Below, in pieces: positions 19,292-27,299 of a stretch of DNA of 32,000 bases (within the stretch, counting starts at the first letter, position 1; the number at the start of each line of letters is the position of its first letter). Origin of the DNA: Nostoc punctiforme PCC 73102 (GTDB lineage: Bacteria > Cyanobacteriota > Cyanobacteriia > Cyanobacteriales > Nostocaceae). The position numbers and the translations under genes were made by a program. Location of the stretch: assembly GCF_000020025.1 (NCBI RefSeq), contig NC_010628.1:4680001-4712000 (forward strand), written 5' to 3'. The notes under the pieces were generated by a model. It saw nothing but the letters and a program-made list of their open reading frames with translations, made no database searches and was not told the origin of the DNA.

Positions 19292-19319
19292 TTACATATA
19301 ACCTAATTAGGAGAAAATT

Positions 19320-19811
19320 ATGTCATCAAAAGTAACAGTCAAAAATGTAAATATCGGCATTGACGAGGCGAGTAGGGCTAAAATTGCCGAGGGTTTATCT
19401 CGTCTGTTGGCTGACACTTATACACTTTATCTGAAAACTCATAACTTCCATTGGAATGTAACGGGGCCGATGTTCCAAACCTTACATTTGATGTTTGAAA
19501 CCCAGTATACAGAATTAGCTTTAGCGGTTGATTTAATAGCCGAGAGAATTAGAGCGCTTGGCTATCCCGCACCGGGAACCTATAGCGAATATGCCAAACT
19601 GAGTTCGATTCCAGAAACTCCTGGAGTTCCGAAAGCTGTTGAGATGATCCGCTTATTAGTGGAAGGACAAGAAGCGGTAGTTAGAACTGCACGGTCTATT
19701 TTCCCCGTGATAGAGGAAGTTAACGACGAGCCTACTGCCGATTTATTAACTCAACGGATGCAAGTACACGAAAAAACCGCTTGGATGTTGAGAAGTTTAC
19801 TGGAAGAATAG
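19320..19811 (+). CDS. dps: Dps-family ferritin-like DNA-binding/iron-storage protein
   Basis: 163 aa. It carries the ferroxidase-site pattern [22 protein letters not shown]......D.IAERI. An RBS aggaga lies 8 nt upstream. Confidence 0.9.
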   Translation: MSSKVTVKNVNIGIDEASRAKIAEGLSRLLADTYTLYLKTHNFHWNVTGPMFQTLHLMFETQYTELALAVDLIAERIRALGYPAPGTYSEYAKLSSIPETPGVPKAVEMIRLLVEGQEAVVRTARSIFPVIEEVNDEPTADLLTQRMQVHEKTAWMLRSLLEE

Positions 19812-19980
19812 GAATTAGGGAATAGGAATTAGGGAATAGGGAATAGGGCATTGGGAATTGAGAAAAAACTTAATCACCAATACCCATGCCCAATCCCCAG
19901 TCCCCAATGCCCAATGCCCACTTGCCCTGAGCGGAGCCGAAGGGATGCCCAATACCCAATGCCAAATGCCCAATACCCAA
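19811..19980. repeat. Opposed-polarity heptamer repeat blocks (GGGAAT-type, then CCCAAT-type)
   Basis: 19811-19860 reads ggaattagggaataggaattagggaatagggaatagggcattgggaattg. CCCAAT-type blocks are at 19877-19920 and 19944-19980, interrupted by ctgagcggagccgaaggg. Confidence 0.85.
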
Positions 19981-20610
19981 AAGTTGCAAGATTTAATGCA
20001 ACAGGTGGGTATTTCTAGTTTTAAAGCACTAAGTCGAGCTGCTGGTGTTTCAGAACGGCAACTTTTACGGTTACGCCAAGGAAAGCTAGAGCAAATGCGG
20101 GTAGATGTACTGCTGAAGCTGTCACCAGTGCTACAGATGCCATTGAATGAATTAATCGCAACTTTTTCAACCGTAGAGTTATTACAAGAGAAAGCAGCGC
20201 CTAGTCAGGAATTATTACAAGAGATTACAGACTTAAGAAAAGAGTATCAGCGATCGCAGTTTCAACTAGAACAGCAGCGAGAGATATTACTACAAGAACT
20301 CCAGCAGTCAACTTTACAACTGCTGGAGTCTTTATTATTGCAATGGCCAACAGCAGCGCAGAAAGCCCAAGAGAATCCACAGCTAGCAGCAGTGAAAATA
20401 GTACCGTTAGTGCAGAAACCTCTGGAAAAGCTTTTACAGGCTTGGGGAGTGGAAGCGATCGCACCCGTGGGAGCAGAATTGCCTTATAACCCCCAACTAC
20501 ACCAACTGATGGAAGGAACTTCACTACCTGGAGAAATAGTCAAGGTGCGCTACACTGGCTATCTTCAAGGTGAAAAGCTGCTTTACAGAGCTAAAGTCAG
20601 TCCTGTTTGA
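19966..20610 (+). CDS. HTH - coiled-coil - GrpE-like C-terminal domain protein
   Basis: The HTH-like segment is ISSFKALSRAAGVSERQLLRLRQGKLEQMRVDVLLKL, followed by a Q/L/E-rich helix. The C-terminus LLQAWGVEAIAPVGAELPYNPQLHQLMEGTSLPGEIVKVRYTGYLQGEKLLYRAKVSPV parallels E. coli GrpE [56 protein letters not shown]. The track ORF begins at 19858, but its first 36 to 46 codons are heptamer-repeat DNA. In-frame ATGs are at 19945, 19966 and 19996. Confidence 0.6.
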   Translation: MPNTQKLQDLMQQVGISSFKALSRAAGVSERQLLRLRQGKLEQMRVDVLLKLSPVLQMPLNELIATFSTVELLQEKAAPSQELLQEITDLRKEYQRSQFQLEQQREILLQELQQSTLQLLESLLLQWPTAAQKAQENPQLAAVKIVPLVQKPLEKLLQAWGVEAIAPVGAELPYNPQLHQLMEGTSLPGEIVKVRYTGYLQGEKLLYRAKVSPV

Positions 20611-21215
20611 GAGAGTTAGGGGTTAGGAGTTATAAATTCAGAACTCTTTACTTTTTGTGTTGTCTGTTGAAAAATGACAGATATTGGGAATACTAAAATT
20701 GCAGAAGCGATCGCCTCTGAGAAGTTCTGTTAAAGCGTCGGTGTGGGTTTAAGCTTACTTGGCGCTATTGAAACCGAAATTTTTAGCTCTAGAGCGGCAT
20801 TCCAGAGATAAATTATTTCCATAATGTAAGTAATCGGACATAAATAAAAAAATATTTGGGAAATAATCTGAAAAGTCATAACTTCAGCTTGTAGATCAGT
20901 AGATAGCTACATCAATGGGATGGAAGTAAGTTGGCGTTAAAAATCTACATCTGTGATAAAACATAAAATCAGCGAACAGCTTGAAAATTAGTTATTCCAA
21001 TGTTTTTACACAACTAAACATACATGAGTTTTATCATGCCAACTTACCAATCTTGTTATTTATAGTTAGTCTGTTGGTAGTAGAAAAAATATACTTAATT
21101 AAGCTAGTATTTTTTTTATAATTACAAAAACATCATATTTAAATATTTATAATGAATCTTCATCGATACAGATTAATTATCAATTATTACTCAATTTTTA
21201 ATGTTAGATTTAGTT

Positions 21216-21254
21216 TTGAAAGCATTTTTAAATGCTCTATGATGGGTATATAAT
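21216..21254 (+). promoter_or_regulatory. Candidate sigma70-type promoter with embedded palindrome upstream of the STAS gene
   Basis: TTGAAA (21216-21221), a 16-nt spacer, then TATGAT (21238-21243). An alternative TATAAT is at 21249-21254. The spacer contains the inverted repeat agcattt-tt-aaatgct (21221-21236). This is sequence resemblance only. Confidence 0.3.
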
Positions 21255-21307
21255 AGCGAAAATAGCGGCATCAGAGCATCCTTTACACAAAGAAGCGTGA
21301 CATAATT

Positions 21308-21634
21308 ATGAGAGAACAAGTAAAAGTTATTAAGCTCAGTGGTAATTTGAATGCCACAACTTCACAAGAATTTCGACAAAATATCACTGATATTTTAGAA
21401 AGTGGTGCGAAAATTGTGTTAGTGGATTTTAAAGATGTAATATTTATGGATAGTTCAGGTTTAGGAGCTTTAGTGTTAGCTTTTAAAACCTTGCGGGCAG
21501 CAGATACTAAGCTTGTTCTCTGCTCAATTAATGAGCAAGTTAGAATATTATTTGAACTTACTAATATGGATAAAGTATTTGAAATATTCCCTAGCCAAGA
21601 TGCATTTAATCAGGTTTTAGTATCCAATACGTAA
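21308..21634 (+). CDS. STAS-domain anti-sigma-factor antagonist (SpoIIAA/RsbV-like)
   Basis: 108 aa. It has the FMDSSGLGALV motif with the phosphorylatable Ser and the layout typical of SpoIIAA-like proteins. Confidence 0.85.
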   Translation: MREQVKVIKLSGNLNATTSQEFRQNITDILESGAKIVLVDFKDVIFMDSSGLGALVLAFKTLRAADTKLVLCSINEQVRILFELTNMDKVFEIFPSQDAFNQVLVSNT

Positions 21635-22771
21635 TTAATCAAACTTAATTTGCAAAATAGATAAATCATCATCAAAAGCATCTTTGGAGTTTAGAGCGAT
21701 TAAATAACTCAGTACGGGATCGAGTTGGCAATCAACAGGGTTTTGTAAGCTAACTAGTAGCTGAATAAAAGCATCCAAACTCCAAAGAGTGCCATCTGAT
21801 TTAGTGATTTCATAAGCACCATCACTAAAAATGTAAAGGCTACTAAATTTTTCAATATTGCAAACCTCATCAACATATTTTGCTTCTGGAAACATTCCAA
21901 CTGGCATACCGGGGGTTTTCAAGAGTTGAACATCAGACTTTCTTGGGGATAAACCAGTTATTAAAACTGCTGGCGGATGACCTGCGCTAGCATAAACTAA
22001 TTGGCGGTTGATTCGATTGTAAACACCGTACCAAATCGTAAAGTATTTGTCATTTTGATAATTCATCTGGAAGGTATCATTCAAAGCCTTCAACACATCA
22101 CTAGGTTGATAGTAATTCAGGCTTTTGAGCGCACGAGAACGCAGCAGATTCAGCACTGAAACTGAGGGAAGAGTAGCTTTGAGCCCATGTCCCGCAGTAT
22201 CGAGTAAATAAATTGCTAGATAATCGTCATCAAGCCAATAGTAATCAAAACAGTCACCACCGAGTTGCCGCGAGGGAATGAATCGGAAATTTATATTGAA
22301 AGGTTCAGTCATAGGAAAAGGCAGCAGCGATCGCACATATTCTGCTGCTTCTGACATTTCTGATTCTAAAAGCAACTTTTGAGCCTGCAAATCTCTACTC
22401 AACTGATGCAGGCGTAACCCCGCTCTTACCCGTGCTTGTAATTCATTATGCTCGATAGGTTTGGATATAAAATCATCAGCACCAGCATCTAGACCTTTGA
22501 CGCAATCGGCAACTGAATCTAAGGATGTTAATAAAATAAAGAATGTGGTGAAAAATTGGGGATCTGTTTTAATACGCTGGCAAACTTCTAGACCAGTCAA
22601 CCCCGGCATGATCCAATCACAAATAATTAGTGCTGGATGGCAAGCTAGCGCTTTTTCTATTCCTTCCTCGCCACTGCTGGCAGTAACTACTTCATAACCC
22701 TGTTTTTCCAACATCCGTTTCAAAAGTATTTTTATGGAATAATCATCATCAATTATTAGTATTTGAAACAT
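21635..22771 (-). CDS. Response-regulator receiver fused to PP2C/SpoIIE-type serine phosphatase (RsbU-like)
   Basis: 378 aa. Receiver features are the DDD acidic pocket, the phospho-acceptor in LIICDWIMPG, and SKP. PP2C features are GGDCFDY, LLDTAGHG, ASAGHPP and FSDG. Confidence 0.85.
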   Translation of the reverse strand: MFQILIIDDDYSIKILLKRMLEKQGYEVVTASSGEEGIEKALACHPALIICDWIMPGLTGLEVCQRIKTDPQFFTTFFILLTSLDSVADCVKGLDAGADDFISKPIEHNELQARVRAGLRLHQLSRDLQAQKLLLESEMSEAAEYVRSLLPFPMTEPFNINFRFIPSRQLGGDCFDYYWLDDDYLAIYLLDTAGHGLKATLPSVSVLNLLRSRALKSLNYYQPSDVLKALNDTFQMNYQNDKYFTIWYGVYNRINRQLVYASAGHPPAVLITGLSPRKSDVQLLKTPGMPVGMFPEAKYVDEVCNIEKFSSLYIFSDGAYEITKSDGTLWSLDAFIQLLVSLQNPVDCQLDPVLSYLIALNSKDAFDDDLSILQIKFD

Positions 22772-23017
22772 ATAAAATTCTAAGAAAGACTCATTAATAA
22801 TTTACTGTAAAGATAAAAAATCAAAATATAGTGTGAGCTAATTAGTTAGTAATAAAACAGTTTTCTTTTTCATAAAGTACAAAACTACGGGTTTTGATGT
22901 AGAAAGCAGAAGCTCTTTATATCTGATTTTTAGCTCTAAATTTTGTACCTTACTTACTTGCAATCTACTGTATTTCTGTATTAATAAGTAGGATAGCGTA
23001 AATAATTAAAGGTTTGC

Positions 23018-23086
23018 AGTAAGGGTTTTAGCCCTATTTTGTTCGCATAGCCTCTCATAGAGAAGAGAAGGCTAAAAACCCTTACT
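23018..23086. repeat. 16-bp inverted repeat hairpin downstream of the DUF1350 gene
   Basis: agtaagggttttagcc (23018-23033) pairs with ggctaaaaacccttact (23070-23086). The roughly 36-nt loop contains a catagagaagagaag motif related to the cgtctcgtagagaag motifs at about 24210 and about 25170. Confidence 0.7.
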
Positions 23087-23181
23087 ATTAACTAATATCA
23101 ATATTTTTCTATTAGTTAATGTAGCTGTAATTATTCTATATTTCCCAGTCGAATTTATGACTTTTTGATAGTCATAAAACA

Positions 23182-23949
23182 TTATGGGGGTGCAAGAGGA
23201 TTCATCCACAAGAGGATAGAACTTTTTAGCTGGTTCAAGTCGCGGTATGCTTCTTGCTTGAACCATTGTCCTAATGCATCAAAAGGAGTAAAAGACGTTC
23301 CAGTTTGCCATTTAATATCTTGACCTAAAGGCGTTGTATGAGTTCCTGGTAACGTTTGTGCTGTTACCATGTCATCGAAGCGTTCTTGTAATATTTTGGT
23401 TAAAGCTGCTGATTGGTCAATGGTGTCATTACTAAACTTTATTAATAAATTGCGCCTGATATTGTAACGCTCTTGGACAAGTTTGTTAGTTTCCAACGGA
23501 GAAGGAGTAAACTCGATTTTCAAAGTAGAATTGAACTGTTCTACTAGGGGAATAGCTTCTTTGGCGGCGTAGTTGTTGAAGGATATTAAAATATTGCCTG
23601 CACGTTCTACTTTAAAGAGGCTACCAATCAGCAAGTGAAGTTTACAACCCATACTGTGTCCAAGACCATAGATGGGGAAATAAAGCTTGCGTAATGCCCC
23701 AGAATCATGTAATCGTTCCAGGGTACGGTCAAAGTTTAACAGCACGGATTTTGCGATCGCTGTATGATCCAATGTATTGACAAAAGGCGTAGCAATTACA
23801 ACATAGCCTTTACTTGCCAGTTGTTCGAGTAACCAGCGATAAGTGATGTGTGGTGCAGTGGCGACAAATGCACCTCCTAAAAAATGGATGATACCTATGG
23901 GATTTCGGGGAATGATTACCCAGTTACCTCTGACTTCTTTCCAGTCCAT
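23182..23949 (-). CDS. DUF1350-family alpha/beta-hydrolase-fold protein
   Basis: 255 aa. The N-terminal pattern W......P.G.IHFLGGAFV...P...Y..LLE.L...GY.VIATP is one I associate with the cyanobacterial/plant DUF1350 family. A GHSMG nucleophile-elbow motif is present. Confidence 0.6.
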   Translation of the reverse strand: MDWKEVRGNWVIIPRNPIGIIHFLGGAFVATAPHITYRWLLEQLASKGYVVIATPFVNTLDHTAIAKSVLLNFDRTLERLHDSGALRKLYFPIYGLGHSMGCKLHLLIGSLFKVERAGNILISFNNYAAKEAIPLVEQFNSTLKIEFTPSPLETNKLVQERYNIRRNLLIKFSNDTIDQSAALTKILQERFDDMVTAQTLPGTHTTPLGQDIKWQTGTSFTPFDALGQWFKQEAYRDLNQLKSSILLWMNPLAPP

Positions 23950-24237
23950 GCCGATAAGCGATCGCTTTCTTTATATTCTTTATGTTAGACCGGGGATCGC
24001 TACCGTGGGAAGGATTATGGAAAAAGCCATCAACAATTGGTAATTAAGTTACAGTTGAGGTCTAAATTTTCATCCATAACTGGGCTATCAGAAGAGGTTT
24101 CTTAGTCTGACCTATTTTTCAATTACGAATTACGTTACTGAGTCTTGTATGCGACATACTGCTTGCGAACAAATGTCATTATGTTAGTCTAGCGAATCTC
24201 GCACAGTATCTCGTAGAGAGCATCATTACAAATTGTT

Positions 24238-24957
24238 TTAACCCTGAGTCTGTAATCTTTTCATTTCGTGTTGTACATCTAATGCAATCTGTAATGCTTC
24301 ATTGAGCAACCTTCCATGCTCAGTGGCCTGTTCATTTACTTGCATGGCTGTTAAAGTTGCTAAATTATTGACAAATAGTTCTGTATTACTAAGGATAAAG
24401 CTCTTATTCTCTCTCAAAATTCTTTCTGTCTTCAAAGCGCGAACTAAATCAGCTTTGGTGAGATTAAGCGCTGCGAGAACACTCTCTCTTTCTTTTATCA
24501 ACACTTCTGGATTCCCAGCTTCTTCTATTTGGTCATTGATATGTATCGCTCTAATTACGGTATTATATCTTTCAACATCATTTAACAGGATTTGGAGAGA
24601 GTTTGTCATATTGAGCTTGACAATTTTACTTCTCTTTTTCCAGATTAAATATAAGATGGTTTGCGTAAGACCGCCAACCCAAAGCCCTAAGATAATTAAT
24701 ACCATCCAGGATGGAATTGCTATCCATGATACAAATATTTTTATAAATATATCAAATAAAAGATAGCCAAAAACAAATGTAGCAAACCCAATAAAAATTA
24801 CAGTAGCTCCTTCCGAACTTTTAATTTTTTGAATGTATAACTTTGTAAAATTTTTGAGAGGATTTGTAATGATTAAAAGTTGATCGTGGACAGGTAAATT
24901 AGTCAGCTTTTGCAGTTCACCCTGACTAATTTCCAAGCCCTGTAAATCATCCCGCAC
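24238..24957 (-). CDS. Hypothetical membrane protein (2 TM plus C-terminal helical/coiled-coil region)
   Basis: 239 aa with a GTG start. The hydrophobic helices are VIFIGFATFVFGYLLFDIFIKIFV and WMVLIILGLWVGGLTQTILYLIW, and the C-terminal 130 aa are charged and helical. The coding sequence is AT-rich. I recognise no family. Confidence 0.5.
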   Translation of the reverse strand: MRDDLQGLEISQGELQKLTNLPVHDQLLIITNPLKNFTKLYIQKIKSSEGATVIFIGFATFVFGYLLFDIFIKIFVSWIAIPSWMVLIILGLWVGGLTQTILYLIWKKRSKIVKLNMTNSLQILLNDVERYNTVIRAIHINDQIEEAGNPEVLIKERESVLAALNLTKADLVRALKTERILRENKSFILSNTELFVNNLATLTAMQVNEQATEHGRLLNEALQIALDVQHEMKRLQTQG

Positions 24958-25294
24958 AGCTTTTTAATCCTTGCCAGAATAGTTATTTAATCTAATATAG
25001 CAATCAAATTTCTAGAATGCTGGCATTTTGTCTAAACTTTTTTAAGCAAGTTAATACTTCTAGGCAATGCCAAGATTTTTTGTACAATATGATACTCTTT
25101 TGCCCAAATAACTATTTGTACTATAGCAATCTTATCTGAGTTATAAAAATGAACGAGCCGCTAACGCACAGCGTCTCGTAGAGAAGAATGCCAATAAAAA
25201 ACGAGAACGAAAATAAATCAATTGCTTGTAAATATAATGATAATGCAACGGGTAATTTTCCTGTGAAACAGCTATTTATAGCTATAAAAAAGAA

Positions 25295-25324
25295 TAATAG
25301 AAAAGTCCGTTTTTGCGGACTTTC
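25295..25324 (-). terminator. Intrinsic terminator after the lemA-M48 operon
   Basis: The minus-strand RNA reads AAAGUCCG-CAAAAA-CGGACUUUU followed by CUAUUAUUCUUUUUU. The stem is 8 bp (25302-25309 / 25316-25323) and begins about 40 nt past the M48 stop. The plus strand also has a T-rich tail. Confidence 0.65.
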
Positions 25325-25361
25325 TTGTTTAGTTATAAATAATTGTGTCTCACTCGTTATA

Positions 25362-27293
25362 TTAACTTCCCTTCGAAGAAGATTGTCTCTGTTTTGAAAT
25401 GCCACGCTGAGGGTTTAAAAATGGAGGGATGGGACAGTCTAGCGTCATAGCGATCGCTCTTAGTAAATCTGCTTCTGACTGTGTAACCTTGTTATCTAAT
25501 AGTACCGTGTGAGCGCAGGCATCTACAATAGCTTGCTTGAGTTTAGGGCTGGCAAGGCGGAGGCGTTCAATACTCTTCTTAAGTTCAGTAAAATTACAGC
25601 TTGGTGGCGTGTCTGGTTTTTCTTGTTCTGCGGCTTTGGGAAGCCGAAAAACCCCAGAACGAAAAGCATAGGCGATGTCTTTGGTGGACGCATCGGGTTG
25701 AGAGTGTCCAACGCGGGCAATTACGGACAGTACTAATAGACTATCTGGCCAAATCTGTTCTATGGAGGTGTATTCTACTGTTGTTGTAGATGCAGGATTT
25801 ATACTAGGTTGGAGGCGATGCCATAGTATTAACTGCAACACAAAATGCCACAGCGATAAGCTTCCGGTGGCTACAGCTAAACCGTGGACACATTTGCATA
25901 GTCTTTGGCATTCTTTGGCAGAATTTTGGCGCAATACGGGTACTGCCAAATCCACAAGTGGTAAGCGAATTTTGGCATCTAACTGGCTAATTTCGCTACT
26001 CAATTCTAGAGTTTTGTCTACCAACTCAGCAGGCTGTACCTCGCGTAACCAAGCAATTTGACGTTCTTGGATCTCGATATTTTCTGTATCTAACGCTAGG
26101 GCAAAAGCGATCGCCATTGCACTTTTCTGTTCTCGCACACCCAAGTGCAGGGATTCTGGTAACTGCGATAACAGCGCTTGAGCATGGGCAAAATGCTCTG
26201 GTGTAACGCTTCCAACTTGGTTTACAACCTGTTCTGGCATGGCATTGGAACTACCAGCAAAGCCCATTGTTAGAGATTCCTGGGAAGGGGAACGCATTTG
26301 ATTGCGAGATGGCATTGCTGCCAAATTACTGACGTTCAAACCCCCAATGCGACGGATACGTTCTGCCAGAGGTGGATGGGTAGAAAACATGTTGTCCCAG
26401 AAAGAGGGGTTGAGGGCATTGCCAAAAAACATGTGGCTAGCGGCTTCTGCACCAGGCGAAATCAAGCGTGAATCCATCTGTTGGAGTTTTTGGAAGACTC
26501 CGTTAAGTCCGTTAGGGTTGCGAGTGAACTGTACAGCTGAAGCATCGGCAAGAAATTCGCGTTGGCGAGAGACGGCGGCTTTAATCAGCCGTCCACACAG
26601 TAATCCGATACCGCCAATTGCCATTAGTGCCAAACCAAAAGCCCAGATAGGTAAACCCTTATCTTCCTTTCCTAAACGGAAGCTATCGCGAATTCGCCAG
26701 AGCAATTCTCCAGTTAAATAAATGAACAAAATCCCGTGCAGTAGTCCCACTAAACGTAAATTCAGCCGCATATCTCCATTGAGAATATGGCTAAATTCGT
26801 GCCCAATGACTCCTTGTAGCTCATCTCGGTTCAGGTGTTGTAAAGTCCCACGCGTAACTCCAATTACAGCATCATTGGGCGTAAATCCGGCAGCAAACGC
26901 ATTAATACTGGTTTCTCTTTCCAGGAGATAAACTTCTGGGACAGAAATACCAGAAGCGATCGCCATTTCCTCGACTATATTTAATAGTTGTCGCCCTTGT
27001 TCATCTGCCATATCTGGGAGTAAGAGTCTTCCCCCCAACTCCTGAGCAATTACGCTTCCTCCTTGACGGAGACAGGCAATTTTATAGAGGCTTCCCACTG
27101 CGATCGCAATTATTGTAATCCCAGCCACGTAGAGAAATATCCCTGGATGCCACCAAACACGGGGAGCCATGCGGAACAGAAATAAAGCGGCAATATAAAT
27201 CGCCATAATCATGACTGCGATCGACAGGGAAAATAATCCAATTAATTGTTGCGTGTTTTGGCGTGCCCGATCCTGATGTTCAAAGAAATTCAT
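25362..27293 (-). CDS. M48-family (HtpX-like) zinc metalloprotease with a roughly 300-aa C-terminal extension
   Basis: 643 aa. It has two N-terminal TM helices, HEFSHILNGD (HExxH), two further TM helices, EFLADASAV and STHPPLAERI. Residues from about 330 to 643 have no family I can assign. Confidence 0.8.
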   Translation of the reverse strand: MNFFEHQDRARQNTQQLIGLFSLSIAVMIMAIYIAALFLFRMAPRVWWHPGIFLYVAGITIIAIAVGSLYKIACLRQGGSVIAQELGGRLLLPDMADEQGRQLLNIVEEMAIASGISVPEVYLLERETSINAFAAGFTPNDAVIGVTRGTLQHLNRDELQGVIGHEFSHILNGDMRLNLRLVGLLHGILFIYLTGELLWRIRDSFRLGKEDKGLPIWAFGLALMAIGGIGLLCGRLIKAAVSRQREFLADASAVQFTRNPNGLNGVFQKLQQMDSRLISPGAEAASHMFFGNALNPSFWDNMFSTHPPLAERIRRIGGLNVSNLAAMPSRNQMRSPSQESLTMGFAGSSNAMPEQVVNQVGSVTPEHFAHAQALLSQLPESLHLGVREQKSAMAIAFALALDTENIEIQERQIAWLREVQPAELVDKTLELSSEISQLDAKIRLPLVDLAVPVLRQNSAKECQRLCKCVHGLAVATGSLSLWHFVLQLILWHRLQPSINPASTTTVEYTSIEQIWPDSLLVLSVIARVGHSQPDASTKDIAYAFRSGVFRLPKAAEQEKPDTPPSCNFTELKKSIERLRLASPKLKQAIVDACAHTVLLDNKVTQSEADLLRAIAMTLDCPIPPFLNPQRGISKQRQSSSKGS

Positions 27294-27299
27294 AGATAC

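Noticed and set aside
20674-20733. 19-codon ORF (MTDIGNTKIAEAIASEKFC) in the AT-rich leader
   Set aside because: It is too short to support from sequence alone, and has no clear RBS and no recognisable peptide family.
23072-23266. 64-aa ORF overlapping the DUF1350 3' end
   Set aside because: It overlaps the well-supported DUF1350 gene and the right arm (23070-23086) of the 16-bp inverted repeat, and has no RBS or motifs.
25121-25405. 94-aa ORF (and the opposite-strand 69-aa ORF at 25188-25397) between the membrane-protein gene and the M48 gene
   Set aside because: It overlaps the M48 3' end and spans the operon's terminator hairpin. It is a low-complexity, AT-driven sequence with no motifs.
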